Positions 19,785 to 29,462 of a stretch of 64,000 nucleotides of DNA are shown here, one piece after another (the stretch's first letter is position 1; every line of letters starts with the position of its first letter). A program made the position numbers and the translations under genes. The notes beneath the pieces were generated by a model. That model did not search any database, was not told where the DNA came from, and worked only from the letters and a program-made list of their open reading frames with translations. The stretch covers positions 122,993-186,992 of the forward strand of contig CANHVU010000001.1 of the NCBI GenBank assembly GCA_947464275.1, read 5' to 3'. Source of the stretch: Bacteroidota bacterium. Its GTDB lineage: Bacteria; Bacteroidota; Bacteroidia; UKL13-3.

Positions 19785-22784
19785 ATGAGAAAATTATTTT
19801 CAATTATTTTTTTACTTCCAATTTCAGTTCAACTAATGGCACAAAGTGCACCCAAAAAACTGAATCAAGCTAACTGGCAACAGCATGTGGCTTATACCAT
19901 TTCGGTTAAGCTCGATGATAATAAAAACTCCCTCGATGGGAAAATTAGTATGGTTTATACCAATAATTCTGCTGATGTGTTGAACCAAATTTACATGCAT
20001 GTGTGGCCAAATGCTTATGCCAATAGAAATACTGCATTTGCCAAGCAACATTTAGAAAATGGTAAAACAGATTTTTATTTTGCAAAACCCGAAGATCAAG
20101 GAAGTATTGATAGTTTGAATTTTGCGGTAAATAATTCTTCTATAAAATGGAACTTAACCAACGATATTGATATAGCTTTACTTACTTTAAACCAACCTTT
20201 AAAGCCTGGAGAAAAAATAACAATAAGTACACCTTTTTATGTGCAATTGCCAAAAGTTTATAGCCGTTTAGGTCATGAAAAACAATTGTATTGTATAACC
20301 CAATGGTTTCCAAAACCAGCAGTTTACGATGTGAATGGATGGAACCCAATCCCCTATTTAGATCAAGGTGAGTTTTACAGTGAATTTGGAAGCTTTGATG
20401 TAAGTATTACCTTGCCTAAAAACTATGTTTTAGCAGCTACAGGTAATTTACAAAACAAAGAAGAGGAAACCTTTTTAAACAAATTGGCAGAAAGCGAAGC
20501 CAAACAATTTGAAGAAAGACCTCTTTCAAGTAATGAATTTAAAACTGTGCGTTACTTACAAGATTCAGTTCACGATTTTGCATGGTTTGCTAGTAAAGAA
20601 TTTAATGTAAAAAAGGGAGAAGTAACCTTACAAAATGGTAAAAAAGTAACAACTTGGTTATTTGCCAAACGCATTAATAACAGCGGTATTGGTTACATAA
20701 ACGAAGGAGTAAAATATTACTCTGACCATATTGGAAATTATCCTTATAACCTAGCACAAGTAGTTATTACTCCGCTTGAAGCTGGAGGAGGAATGGAATA
20801 CCCAACCATTACCAATTGCGCTAGCATTGATAGAACAACCATTATTCATGAGGTGGGCCATAACTGGTTTTATGGAATTTTAGGAAGCAACGAACGCGAG
20901 CACCCTTGGATGGACGAAAGTTTGAACACTTATTATGAAAGCCGTTGCACGCAAGAAAAAGAGGATGAAACAAGGGCTAAAACGGCTGTACAAAAAGACT
21001 TTTTGAGAGATGTTTTCAATGTGGATTTAAAAGGTTTTGGTCAGGCAAGATTGCTTTATGGAATTACTGCACGAAAAAATGAAGACCAAGCTGGAAATTT
21101 GACTTCTACGAGTTATACAGACTTTAACTATGGCGCCATTATTTATGCCAAAAACCCCTTAAGTTTTTACATGCTGCAAAATTATTTAGGTAATGATAAG
21201 TTTGATGCCATGATGCATGCTTATTACGAAAAATGGAAATTTAAACACCCATTGCCAAACGATTTTAGAAACCATGCCGAAGCATTTACCAACGAAAATT
21301 TAAGTTGGTTTTTTGACGAAGTATTAGGTTCAACTAAAAAAATGGATTATAAGATAATAAGTGTTAAAAAGAACCAAGCTAAAGTTAAAAATGTAAGTGG
21401 TTTTAATGCTCCTTTTAGTTTATCATCCACCAATCAATACAATACACCCATCAAAACCAAACAATTTGAAGGATTTAAAGGTACAAAAACTTTTGACATT
21501 ACCTTGCTTTTAAATAATGATGGTGTGGCCAATAATATTCAAATCGACCAAAACCAATCGAGCATTGAGTTATATAGAAAAAATAATGCGCTGCACAAAC
21601 CTTTGAGCGTTCGTTTTTTACCAGCTTTAGAAAATCCTAATAAGCGCCAAATATTCTGTATTCCTCTTTATGCTTGGAATAAATACAATGGAAATATGCT
21701 AGGCTTGTTTATCAATAACGATTTTTTCCCTGACCAAAAAACAGAATTTAACTTTACGCCATTGTATAGTTTTACCACAAACGATTTAAATGGCTATTTA
21801 AGTATTGCAAGGAATTTTCATGTAAGCAGCAAAGTTTTAAAAAACATAAAAATTGGTATTAATACTTCGAGGTTTGGAACAAAAAGTTTTGATGAATCAA
21901 CTGATATTTCGTATGAAAAATTGGCTCCAAGTATTGAGTTAGATTTTAAACAAGCAACTGCACGCAGTTTGTTTGAAAACAAAGTAATTTTACGCCATGT
22001 TACCGTACTTGAAAACAAAACAAGTGAAGGCTATTTAAGTAATTTCAATAACCAAAGCATGTCGGCTATGGATATTACATACAAAATGGCCCATAACTTA
22101 GCTACTTACCCAACCTATTTTAAAACCAATCTTCAAGTTGGAACTGCTGATTATAGCTTTACCCGTTTAAGCTTTGAAGTAAATCAAGGCATTTCATATA
22201 ACGCTAGTAAAAAGAAAGCCAATATTCGCCTATTTGCGGGTACATTCTTAAACGAGCAAAGCACAGCAACAACTGATTTGAATCAAGGTAGAACTTATTT
22301 TCAAGCTGGAGGAACCAATGGCTATAACGATTATTTTTACGATGAAGCCATGTTTGGAAGAGCAGAAGGAAATCAACAACAAACTTTCTTAGCCCGCCAA
22401 GTGCTGAACAGAGATGCTGGTTTTAGAAATTTTGTTGCGATTGGTTCAAGTAGAACTTGGCTTACCGCTGCCAACATTACATTACCTTTTCCTTTTAAAT
22501 TACCAATTGGTTTTTATACCGATTGCGCATATGGCGAGGTTTTTATTACCGAGGCCAATACAAATAATTATTCTTATGAAACAAAATTTTTAACAGTAGG
22601 TGGTTTATACGTGAGTATAGCTAAAAATGTGTTTGAAATATATCTGCCTTTATTTGCTAGCCAAAATGTAATGGATGTTTGGAAACTTAACAATGGCTTC
22701 GAACATCCTTTTGAAAGAGCAAGTTTTATTTTAAACTTAAATGCAATTAACCCAATAAAATTGGCAAAAAATGCCATGAAATAA
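19785..22784 (+). CDS. M1-family (gluzincin) metallopeptidase domain protein, ~1000 aa, secreted
   Basis: Signal peptide MRKLFSIIFLLPISVQLMAQ. Zinc motif HEVGHNWFYG followed by WMDESLNTYYE 18 residues later (HExxH...E). The track start 19761 is an alternative. Confidence 0.6.
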   Translation: MRKLFSIIFLLPISVQLMAQSAPKKLNQANWQQHVAYTISVKLDDNKNSLDGKISMVYTNNSADVLNQIYMHVWPNAYANRNTAFAKQHLENGKTDFYFAKPEDQGSIDSLNFAVNNSSIKWNLTNDIDIALLTLNQPLKPGEKITISTPFYVQLPKVYSRLGHEKQLYCITQWFPKPAVYDVNGWNPIPYLDQGEFYSEFGSFDVSITLPKNYVLAATGNLQNKEEETFLNKLAESEAKQFEERPLSSNEFKTVRYLQDSVHDFAWFASKEFNVKKGEVTLQNGKKVTTWLFAKRINNSGIGYINEGVKYYSDHIGNYPYNLAQVVITPLEAGGGMEYPTITNCASIDRTTIIHEVGHNWFYGILGSNEREHPWMDESLNTYYESRCTQEKEDETRAKTAVQKDFLRDVFNVDLKGFGQARLLYGITARKNEDQAGNLTSTSYTDFNYGAIIYAKNPLSFYMLQNYLGNDKFDAMMHAYYEKWKFKHPLPNDFRNHAEAFTNENLSWFFDEVLGSTKKMDYKIISVKKNQAKVKNVSGFNAPFSLSSTNQYNTPIKTKQFEGFKGTKTFDITLLLNNDGVANNIQIDQNQSSIELYRKNNALHKPLSVRFLPALENPNKRQIFCIPLYAWNKYNGNMLGLFINNDFFPDQKTEFNFTPLYSFTTNDLNGYLSIARNFHVSSKVLKNIKIGINTSRFGTKSFDESTDISYEKLAPSIELDFKQATARSLFENKVILRHVTVLENKTSEGYLSNFNNQSMSAMDITYKMAHNLATYPTYFKTNLQVGTADYSFTRLSFEVNQGISYNASKKKANIRLFAGTFLNEQSTATTDLNQGRTYFQAGGTNGYNDYFYDEAMFGRAEGNQQQTFLARQVLNRDAGFRNFVAIGSSRTWLTAANITLPFPFKLPIGFYTDCAYGEVFITEANTNNYSYETKFLTVGGLYVSIAKNVFEIYLPLFASQNVMDVWKLNNGFEHPFERASFILNLNAINPIKLAKNAMK

Positions 22785-22826
22785 TCCTATTTGGAATAAA
22801 ATGAATAGCTTTGCAACGAAATATTG

Positions 22827-22889
22827 AATAGGCAATAGGCAATAGGCAATAGGCAATAGGCAATAGGCAATAGGCAATAGGCAATAGCT
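22827..22889. repeat. perfect heptanucleotide tandem repeat (AATAGGC/GGCAATA) x ~8.7
   Basis: Read directly. It is followed by degenerate heptamers GCTAAAG-GCTAGAA-GCCAGTT-GCCAGAA (22890-22916) and two AACTAAGAACTAA direct repeats before the ALDH start. Confidence 0.9.
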
Positions 22890-22961
22890 AAAGGCTAGAA
22901 GCCAGTTGCCAGAAGCAAAATAACTAAGAACTAACTAACTATAAACTAAGAACTAATAAAA

Positions 22962-24509
22962 ATGAGTGCAACACAAACCTTTTCTCTTGATTTTTTAAAA
23001 GAGTTAAACTTAAAAGAAATAAACGAAGGAACATCAACAGGGCAAAATCATTTTGCTGATGCAAACGCTGAAGTAAAAGAAATTTACTCGCCTGTAGATG
23101 GAAAATTAATAGGTAAAGTAAAATTTACCACCGAAGCTGAGTACAATAAAGTAATTGCAACTGCTGAAGAAGCTTTTAAAACTTGGCGTAAAATGCCTGC
23201 CCCAAAACGTGGTGAGATTGTGCGTCAATACGGAAATTTATTGCGCGAATACAAACAACCTTTAGGCCAATTGGTGAGCTACGAAATGGGTAAGAGCTTA
23301 CAAGAAGGTTTGGGCGAAGTACAAGAAATGATTGACATCTGCGATTTTGCAGTAGGTTTAAGCCGTCAGTTAACGGGCTCAACTATGCATAGCGAAAGAC
23401 CAAACCACAGAATGTATGAGCAATACCATCCACTTGGAATAGTTGGAATCATTTCGGCTTTTAATTTCCCTGTTGCAGTTTGGAGTTGGAATAGTATGTT
23501 AGCCGCTGTTTGTGGTGATGTGTGTGTTTGGAAACCATCAGAAAAAACACCACTTTCAGCAATTGCTTGTCAGTTGTTAATGGCTAAAATTTTAAAGGAA
23601 AATAATTTACCAGAAGGGATTTTCTGTTTGGTAAATGGCGATTATAAAGTAGGTGAATTAATGAGCAAAGATGAACGAGTTCCTTTGGTTTCAGCAACTG
23701 GTTCTACCCGCATGGGCCGCATAGTTGGTGCCACTGTAGCACAACGTTTTGGAAAAGCTTTATTAGAATTAGGTGGAAACAATGCCATTATTTTAACCCC
23801 AAATGCCAATTTAGATTTAGCCATGGTGGGTGTGGTTTTTGGTGCAGTAGGAACAGCAGGCCAACGTTGTACTACCACACGCAGGTTAATTATTCACGAA
23901 AGTATTTACGAAAAAGTAAAAGATAAATTAGTGAATGCTTACAAGCAATTAACCATTGGAAATCCTTTAACTGGAAACTTGGTTGGACCATTAATTGATA
24001 AAGATGCAGTAAATGCTTACTTAAATGCCATTGAGCAAGTAAAAGCCGAAGGTGGAAATGTACTTTGTGGTGCTGAGGTTATGAAAGGCGAAAGTTACGA
24101 AAGTGGTTGTTATGTAAAACCAACTATTTGCGAAGCTAAAAACAGCTTTAAAATAGTACAACACGAAACTTTTGCGCCTATTCTGTATATCATGAAATAC
24201 ACAGATTTTGATGACGCTATCGATATGCAAAATGGCGTTAAACAAGGTTTAAGCTCTAGTGTGTTTACCGATAATTTGCAAGAAGCAGAAGCATTTTTAG
24301 CACATTGGGGCAGCGATTGCGGAATTGCAAACGTAAATATTGGAACCAGTGGTGCTGAAATTGGCGGTGCATTTGGTGGCGAAAAAGAAACAGGTGGCGG
24401 CCGCGAAAGTGGAAGCGATAGCTGGAAAGCATACATGCGTAGACAAACAAATACCATTAACTACGGTAAAGAATTACCATTAGCTCAAGGCATTAAATTT
24501 GACCTTTAG
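22962..24509 (+). CDS. aldehyde dehydrogenase family protein (ALDH7/piperideine-6-carboxylate dehydrogenase-like)
   Basis: Motifs [11 protein letters not shown], the catalytic Cys region [10 protein letters not shown] and ELGGNNAII. Length 515 aa. Confidence 0.7.
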   Translation: MSATQTFSLDFLKELNLKEINEGTSTGQNHFADANAEVKEIYSPVDGKLIGKVKFTTEAEYNKVIATAEEAFKTWRKMPAPKRGEIVRQYGNLLREYKQPLGQLVSYEMGKSLQEGLGEVQEMIDICDFAVGLSRQLTGSTMHSERPNHRMYEQYHPLGIVGIISAFNFPVAVWSWNSMLAAVCGDVCVWKPSEKTPLSAIACQLLMAKILKENNLPEGIFCLVNGDYKVGELMSKDERVPLVSATGSTRMGRIVGATVAQRFGKALLELGGNNAIILTPNANLDLAMVGVVFGAVGTAGQRCTTTRRLIIHESIYEKVKDKLVNAYKQLTIGNPLTGNLVGPLIDKDAVNAYLNAIEQVKAEGGNVLCGAEVMKGESYESGCYVKPTICEAKNSFKIVQHETFAPILYIMKYTDFDDAIDMQNGVKQGLSSSVFTDNLQEAEAFLAHWGSDCGIANVNIGTSGAEIGGAFGGEKETGGGRESGSDSWKAYMRRQTNTINYGKELPLAQGIKFDL

Positions 24510-24552
24510 TTAAATGTTCACTGAGCGGAGCCGAAGTGAATGATTGATTTGA

Positions 24553-24593
24553 AAAACCTTGTTAAACTTTATTGCTTTAGCAAGGTTTTTTTG
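24553..24593 (+). terminator. rho-independent terminator
   Basis: Stem AACCTTG...CAAGGTT followed by TTTTTTT. Confidence 0.65.
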
Positions 24594-24644
24594 TGCATTA
24601 TTGTTTCCTAAAATACCAAGCAATTATTCAGACCATTTAACTAC

Positions 24645-25091
24645 ATGCTTTTAAAAAACAATTCATTTCCCGAGATTATTTCAGCGCCAGAGGCTGATTA
24701 TTTATTTATAAAAACATCAGGAATTGAAAATGCTGGTTTGGGTTTATTTACGGCTATAAATATTTATAAAAATGAAATAATAGCCATTTATAGAGGAGAA
24801 ATAATTGGCACAAAAGAAGCCGAGGCAAGAGCACTTAATAAACAAAACACTTATTTTATGAACTTACCCAATGGCAAAATTTTAGATGCGCAACAAACAG
24901 ATAGTTTTGCCAAATACGCTAATGATGCAAATGGCAGTTTGCCTATTGTTTATAAAAACAATGCTTTCATTACTTTAAACCATAAAAACGAAGTTTGTTT
25001 GGTGGCTTTAAAAAATATAAAAGCACTGTCTGAAATATTTTGCAGTTATGGAAATGGATATTGGCAAAACCCCAAGTTATTTAATAAATAA
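24645..25091 (+). CDS. SET domain-containing protein (putative protein lysine methyltransferase)
   Basis: Motifs GLGLFTA...IYRGEII (GxG/β-core), the NHxCxPN-equivalent region KYANDANGS, and the post-SET-like C-terminus EIFCSYGNGYW. Confidence 0.55.
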   Translation: MLLKNNSFPEIISAPEADYLFIKTSGIENAGLGLFTAINIYKNEIIAIYRGEIIGTKEAEARALNKQNTYFMNLPNGKILDAQQTDSFAKYANDANGSLPIVYKNNAFITLNHKNEVCLVALKNIKALSEIFCSYGNGYWQNPKLFNK

Positions 25092-25156
25092 AAATGAATC
25101 ATCCAAATACTAAAAAACTATACTTCAATTTAACCTATAAACCTCTGTAGGTAAAG

Positions 25157-28100
25157 CTAGTTTTTTAATATTTTAGCAGTGAAAATTTCATTTTTACCCA
25201 CTAATTTAATTACATAAAAACCACTTTTAAATCCTCCTAAATCAATGCTTTCTATAGTTGAATTTTTATGTCCCAAAAGCACCTCTTTTCCGCTAAAATC
25301 ATAAACGATATAATCAAGTTGAAGTTCTGAATCAATATTAAATATACCTAAAGTTGGATTAGGATAAATCCTGATTTCATTATCAGCATTAATACCTTTA
25401 ATGGAAGTATATTTAAATTCAAATTCATCACTTAAAGTTCCGCAGCCATTTGAACTATCAATACGCACGCTATAAAATCCAAAATTAGTGGGTTGAAAGG
25501 TTTGTAAATTAGCCCCAGTAATTGGAGAACCATTAAAGTACCATTGATAGGCTTGCCCCGTACTAGCTTTCAGAATATTACCAGATACCAACGAAACGGT
25601 AGGCTTTATAGGTCCACTAGTTACCGAAACTACTTTAACCAATGTATCGGTACAGTTATTAGCAGCAATTACTTTAAGTTTAATAAAGTATTTACCGGGA
25701 TAACCAAAGTTCTTGGTTGTGGGGAAGGTAGCAGTTGAAAAAGTATTGTCACCAAAACTCCATTCGTTGCCAACAACCCAACTTTCTGTACCTCCGTTTG
25801 ATGTATTATTTAATTCAAAAGCATTATTTAAAAAACATTGATTTAAATAATTCACTTCAAAATCGGCCTTCGGTTTTATATTATTTACTACCGTATTTTT
25901 ATATAAAACTTCCGTACATCCTACATCATTAGTAGCAACCAATTTAACATTAAAAACGCCTGTTTTTTTGTAAATATGTCTTGGGTTGGGTAGTGTGGTT
26001 GTGGCTGTGCTGTCACCAAAGTTCCATACAAATGTATTACCTGAACTTAAAGTAGTATTTATAAATGCTACAATCGAAGAGTCGCAAGTATTGTTAACAG
26101 TTTCAGCTTCAAAATTTACCAGTGAATCTTTAAAAATAATATCCATGGTATCTTTTGCTGCTGGGCACGGCCCAAAAGGATCATTGGTAGACAATACAAT
26201 AGAAACTAATTTATTTGCAAAATCAGTAGTTGTAGGTCTATACTTAGTACTCATTGTATCTATTTTGTCAAAGGTTCCTTTTCCATTAATGGTACTCCAA
26301 TTAAGACTAGTAGCAGTGCCACTAATATTACCCATTAAGTCAATTCTGTTATTGGTTGCACACACTGTTTGGTCTAATCCTGCATCAGCAAAAGCGGGTT
26401 TAAAAAACGTAACAGTTATGGAGTCTTTAGCTTCATTACAAGGCCCAACTGGGTCACTCGAGATTAAGGTAAAGGTTATTTTCCCTAAGTTAATATCTGT
26501 TTGTGTAGGATAGTATGTAGTAACAGAATCAAATGAACTATAATTAATTGAATTTGATGAAAGCCATTTGGCAAAAACAGCGGCACTATTATAACTTCCA
26601 TTTAAATTAATAGGACTATTACCACAAATACTTTGATTTTGACCAGCATTAACTATTGGCTTTTGGTATAATATTACATTTAAAGTATCACTTACTGAAC
26701 TACAAGGACCCAAAGGATCGTTGGTAGTCAATATTAATTTAACTAGCCCACTTTGCTTATCACTATTACTAAACGTGTATATGGTTACTAAAGAATCAGA
26801 ATTGTTAAATGAGCCACTACCCGTGCTAGTCCATTTTGCAGAAGTAGCCGAGCCATTTATGGAACCAATTAACAATATTGAGTTATTTGAATTACATATT
26901 GCTTGGTCTAAACCTGCATTTGCAAAGGCCATTCTATTAATAAATATTTTAGTTGAATCTATGGAATTAGAGCATGAATTGAAAGGATCATTGGTAATAA
27001 AAGTAAAAGTTACATGACCTAATGTTTTATCATTTTCACTTGGAAAGTAAATAGGAGTAAGTGATAAATTATTATTAAAACCACCTGAGCCGTTCGTGTA
27101 CCAAGCAGCATTTCCGCTTACATAGTTTGTATTAGCATTCAGATATATTAAATCATTTTCGCAAATTGAAGTATCATTAATTATATTTGATACAGCACTT
27201 AGATTAAAAGATAACTGTATGGTGTCAAAAGCACTTTCGCAAGGCCCAACTGGATTATTTGTACCTAGTATTAGCTTTATGCTCCCCAACTGCTTATCGG
27301 CATTACTGGGAAAATACCTTGCGTTTAGTATGGTAGAATCACTGAAATAACCAGTTCCTGTTGTTTTCCATTTTGCACTATTGGCGGCACCGCCAATAAA
27401 ACCATTAAGTAAAACACTTGATTCATTTGTGCAGATGGTTTGGCTAATTCCAGCACTTACTGTTGCCAAAGAATTGATAGTAATTAAAATGGAATCACTT
27501 ACTGATTTACAATCACCTGCAGGATCATCAGATTTATATCTAACATAGAAAAACTTATTGCTTATATCAACTAGATTAGGCATATAGGTAGTAACTGTAT
27601 CAAATGAAATGTAAGCAGGATTGTTTGAAACAGTCCAACTGGCAAAACTTACAACATTATTAAAAGAACCTTTTAAATTTACCAAATCGTTTTCACAAAT
27701 TACTTGGTCGGGTCCAGCATCAATTTGCGCTGGATTTTCAAAAGTTATTTTCAACGAATCTACCCCAAAACTACAAGGACCAGAGGGGTCGTTGGTTGTT
27801 AATGTTAGATATATAAAACCTTTATTTTTATCAAAAACAGAAGGATAGTAATTTGTGTTTAAAACATTAACGTTATCAAAAGTTCCACTACCTGAAGTAC
27901 TCCAACTTGCAGAAGTTGCAGAACCACTAATTTGCCCATTCAAAGCAGCAAATAGTGTTGTTTTACATATCCCAATATCATTCCCAGCATCTGCTATTGC
28001 TAAGGAATCAATTGTTACCTCCATACTGTCAACCGTGTTATCGCAAATGAAATTAGGATTACTTGTTTTAAATGTAAACATAAGTTTTCCTAATAATACA

Positions 28101-29194
28101 TCTGAATTGCTTGGGTAATAAACAGGATTCACTAAGGTGTTATTTGAAAAATAGCCCGTACCATTGGTTGTCCAAATTTTTGAACCTGAATTTGCAGTGG
28201 TACTGGCATTTAAAAACAGAAAATCATTTTTACAAATTCTTTGATCTACCCCCGCATTTGAAATTGCAAGTGGATTAAAATAAATTTCAACAGTATCGGC
28301 CACAAAAGAGCATGGACCTGCTGGGTCATCGGTTGTTAATATTAATTTTACAAAACCATTTAATATATCATTATTGCTAGGTATATAATTTGTATTTAAG
28401 TTGGTAGAGTTATTAAATATACCGGTACCTAATGAACGCCAACTAGCACTAGATGCTGACCCTCCAATACTTCCATTCAAATTAACTGAAGTTGTATTAT
28501 TACATAAATTTTGATTTACCCCCGCATTTACTATTGGCATTTGTAAAAAGTAAACAGTCATGGAATCTAACGCAGCTGCGCATGGACCTGCAGGATCATT
28601 GGTTGTTATTGTTAAAACAACAGAACCATTAGCAATATCTGCTATACTTGGTGTATAAACCGCATTTAAGGTTGAGGAATTAACAAATGAACCGCTTCCC
28701 GAAGTTGTCCAATTTATGTATGGTGCCACACTATTAACAGTTCCATTTAAATTAATTATGCTATTTGCGCACACCGTTTGATTTGTTCCAGCATCTACAA
28801 AGGGTCTAGCATTGATATTAATATTAGCCCCATTGTCTGTACCTACAACAAAAGGATCATTAGCCAAAACCCTCACTTTATATAAATAACTTGTACTACA
28901 ATTAAGGGGTATTGTACACAAAATATTTCCGCTGCTAGTTGATGTTATTTGACCAATATTTATTGGCGAAATAAAATTTCCATTTGTGTCACTTAATTGT
29001 ACCGCAAAAATATTGGATGGATTAAAACTGCCATTTATAACGTAACTAATGTTTACGGTTTCACCAGCACAAAATGAATTTACAACCAAAGAATTGGTTG
29101 TAATTGTTTGTGCATTTATTTTGAAACTTAATAGTGTTGTAAAAGTTAAAATTACTATTAATAGAATAGAATTTATATGGGATTTTGTTGGCAT
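25157..29194 (-). CDS. large T9SS-secreted surface protein: ~10 tandem ~85-aa repeats, PKD/Ig-like region, type-A T9SS C-terminal sorting domain
   Basis: Signal peptide is present. The repeat consensus is NAG.DQ.IC......L.G...G.A.S..W...G.G.F......N..Y.PS..D...G...L.L.T.DP.GPC...D...I.F. The CTD is IRIYPNPTLGIFNI...FYVIKLVGKNEIFTAKILKN. Confidence 0.8.
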   Translation of the reverse strand: MPTKSHINSILLIVILTFTTLLSFKINAQTITTNSLVVNSFCAGETVNISYVINGSFNPSNIFAVQLSDTNGNFISPINIGQITSTSSGNILCTIPLNCSTSYLYKVRVLANDPFVVGTDNGANININARPFVDAGTNQTVCANSIINLNGTVNSVAPYINWTTSGSGSFVNSSTLNAVYTPSIADIANGSVVLTITTNDPAGPCAAALDSMTVYFLQMPIVNAGVNQNLCNNTTSVNLNGSIGGSASSASWRSLGTGIFNNSTNLNTNYIPSNNDILNGFVKLILTTDDPAGPCSFVADTVEIYFNPLAISNAGVDQRICKNDFLFLNASTTANSGSKIWTTNGTGYFSNNTLVNPVYYPSNSDVLLGKLMFTFKTSNPNFICDNTVDSMEVTIDSLAIADAGNDIGICKTTLFAALNGQISGSATSASWSTSGSGTFDNVNVLNTNYYPSVFDKNKGFIYLTLTTNDPSGPCSFGVDSLKITFENPAQIDAGPDQVICENDLVNLKGSFNNVVSFASWTVSNNPAYISFDTVTTYMPNLVDISNKFFYVRYKSDDPAGDCKSVSDSILITINSLATVSAGISQTICTNESSVLLNGFIGGAANSAKWKTTGTGYFSDSTILNARYFPSNADKQLGSIKLILGTNNPVGPCESAFDTIQLSFNLSAVSNIINDTSICENDLIYLNANTNYVSGNAAWYTNGSGGFNNNLSLTPIYFPSENDKTLGHVTFTFITNDPFNSCSNSIDSTKIFINRMAFANAGLDQAICNSNNSILLIGSINGSATSAKWTSTGSGSFNNSDSLVTIYTFSNSDKQSGLVKLILTTNDPLGPCSSVSDTLNVILYQKPIVNAGQNQSICGNSPINLNGSYNSAAVFAKWLSSNSINYSSFDSVTTYYPTQTDINLGKITFTLISSDPVGPCNEAKDSITVTFFKPAFADAGLDQTVCATNNRIDLMGNISGTATSLNWSTINGKGTFDKIDTMSTKYRPTTTDFANKLVSIVLSTNDPFGPCPAAKDTMDIIFKDSLVNFEAETVNNTCDSSIVAFINTTLSSGNTFVWNFGDSTATTTLPNPRHIYKKTGVFNVKLVATNDVGCTEVLYKNTVVNNIKPKADFEVNYLNQCFLNNAFELNNTSNGGTESWVVGNEWSFGDNTFSTATFPTTKNFGYPGKYFIKLKVIAANNCTDTLVKVVSVTSGPIKPTVSLVSGNILKASTGQAYQWYFNGSPITGANLQTFQPTNFGFYSVRIDSSNGCGTLSDEFEFKYTSIKGINADNEIRIYPNPTLGIFNIDSELQLDYIVYDFSGKEVLLGHKNSTIESIDLGGFKSGFYVIKLVGKNEIFTAKILKN

Positions 29195-29462
29195 TTGTCT
29201 TTTTATTAATTAAAAACTAACTTAAAATTACTTCTAAAGTATGGCTTTTTGTTTTAGTAACAAAAGAAATAGGTAATCCGCAGTTAAATGTATTTTAATT
29301 GCCAATATTTTTATTTAACCTGCATTGAGTTTTAAACAGATTAAACTAAAAGGTTTAATGGTTAAAGTAACCAACATTAAAAAACTAAAATCAACAAAAA
29401 AATCAAAATTGATAGTTTGGGTTTGCTTTTTTATTCGCAAATTCGCGGCTTACTTTTCAATC

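Noticed and set aside
22827-22889. Possible CRISPR array (regular short repeats)
   Set aside because: The unit is only 7 nt, the repeats are contiguous with no spacers, and no cas genes are nearby. It is a microsatellite.
25544-28118. Six plus-strand ORFs (64-175 aa) nested inside the 25157-29194 gene
   Set aside because: They are antisense to a long, well-supported minus-strand CDS. Their periodic appearance mirrors the internal repeats of that gene. They have no start context and no recognisable domains.
29325-29462. 46-aa N-terminal extension of purL in the ORF track
   Set aside because: The canonical PurL N-terminus (MNQS...[20 protein letters not shown]) begins at 29463. The extension reads as low-complexity basic sequence and lies in the divergent promoter region.
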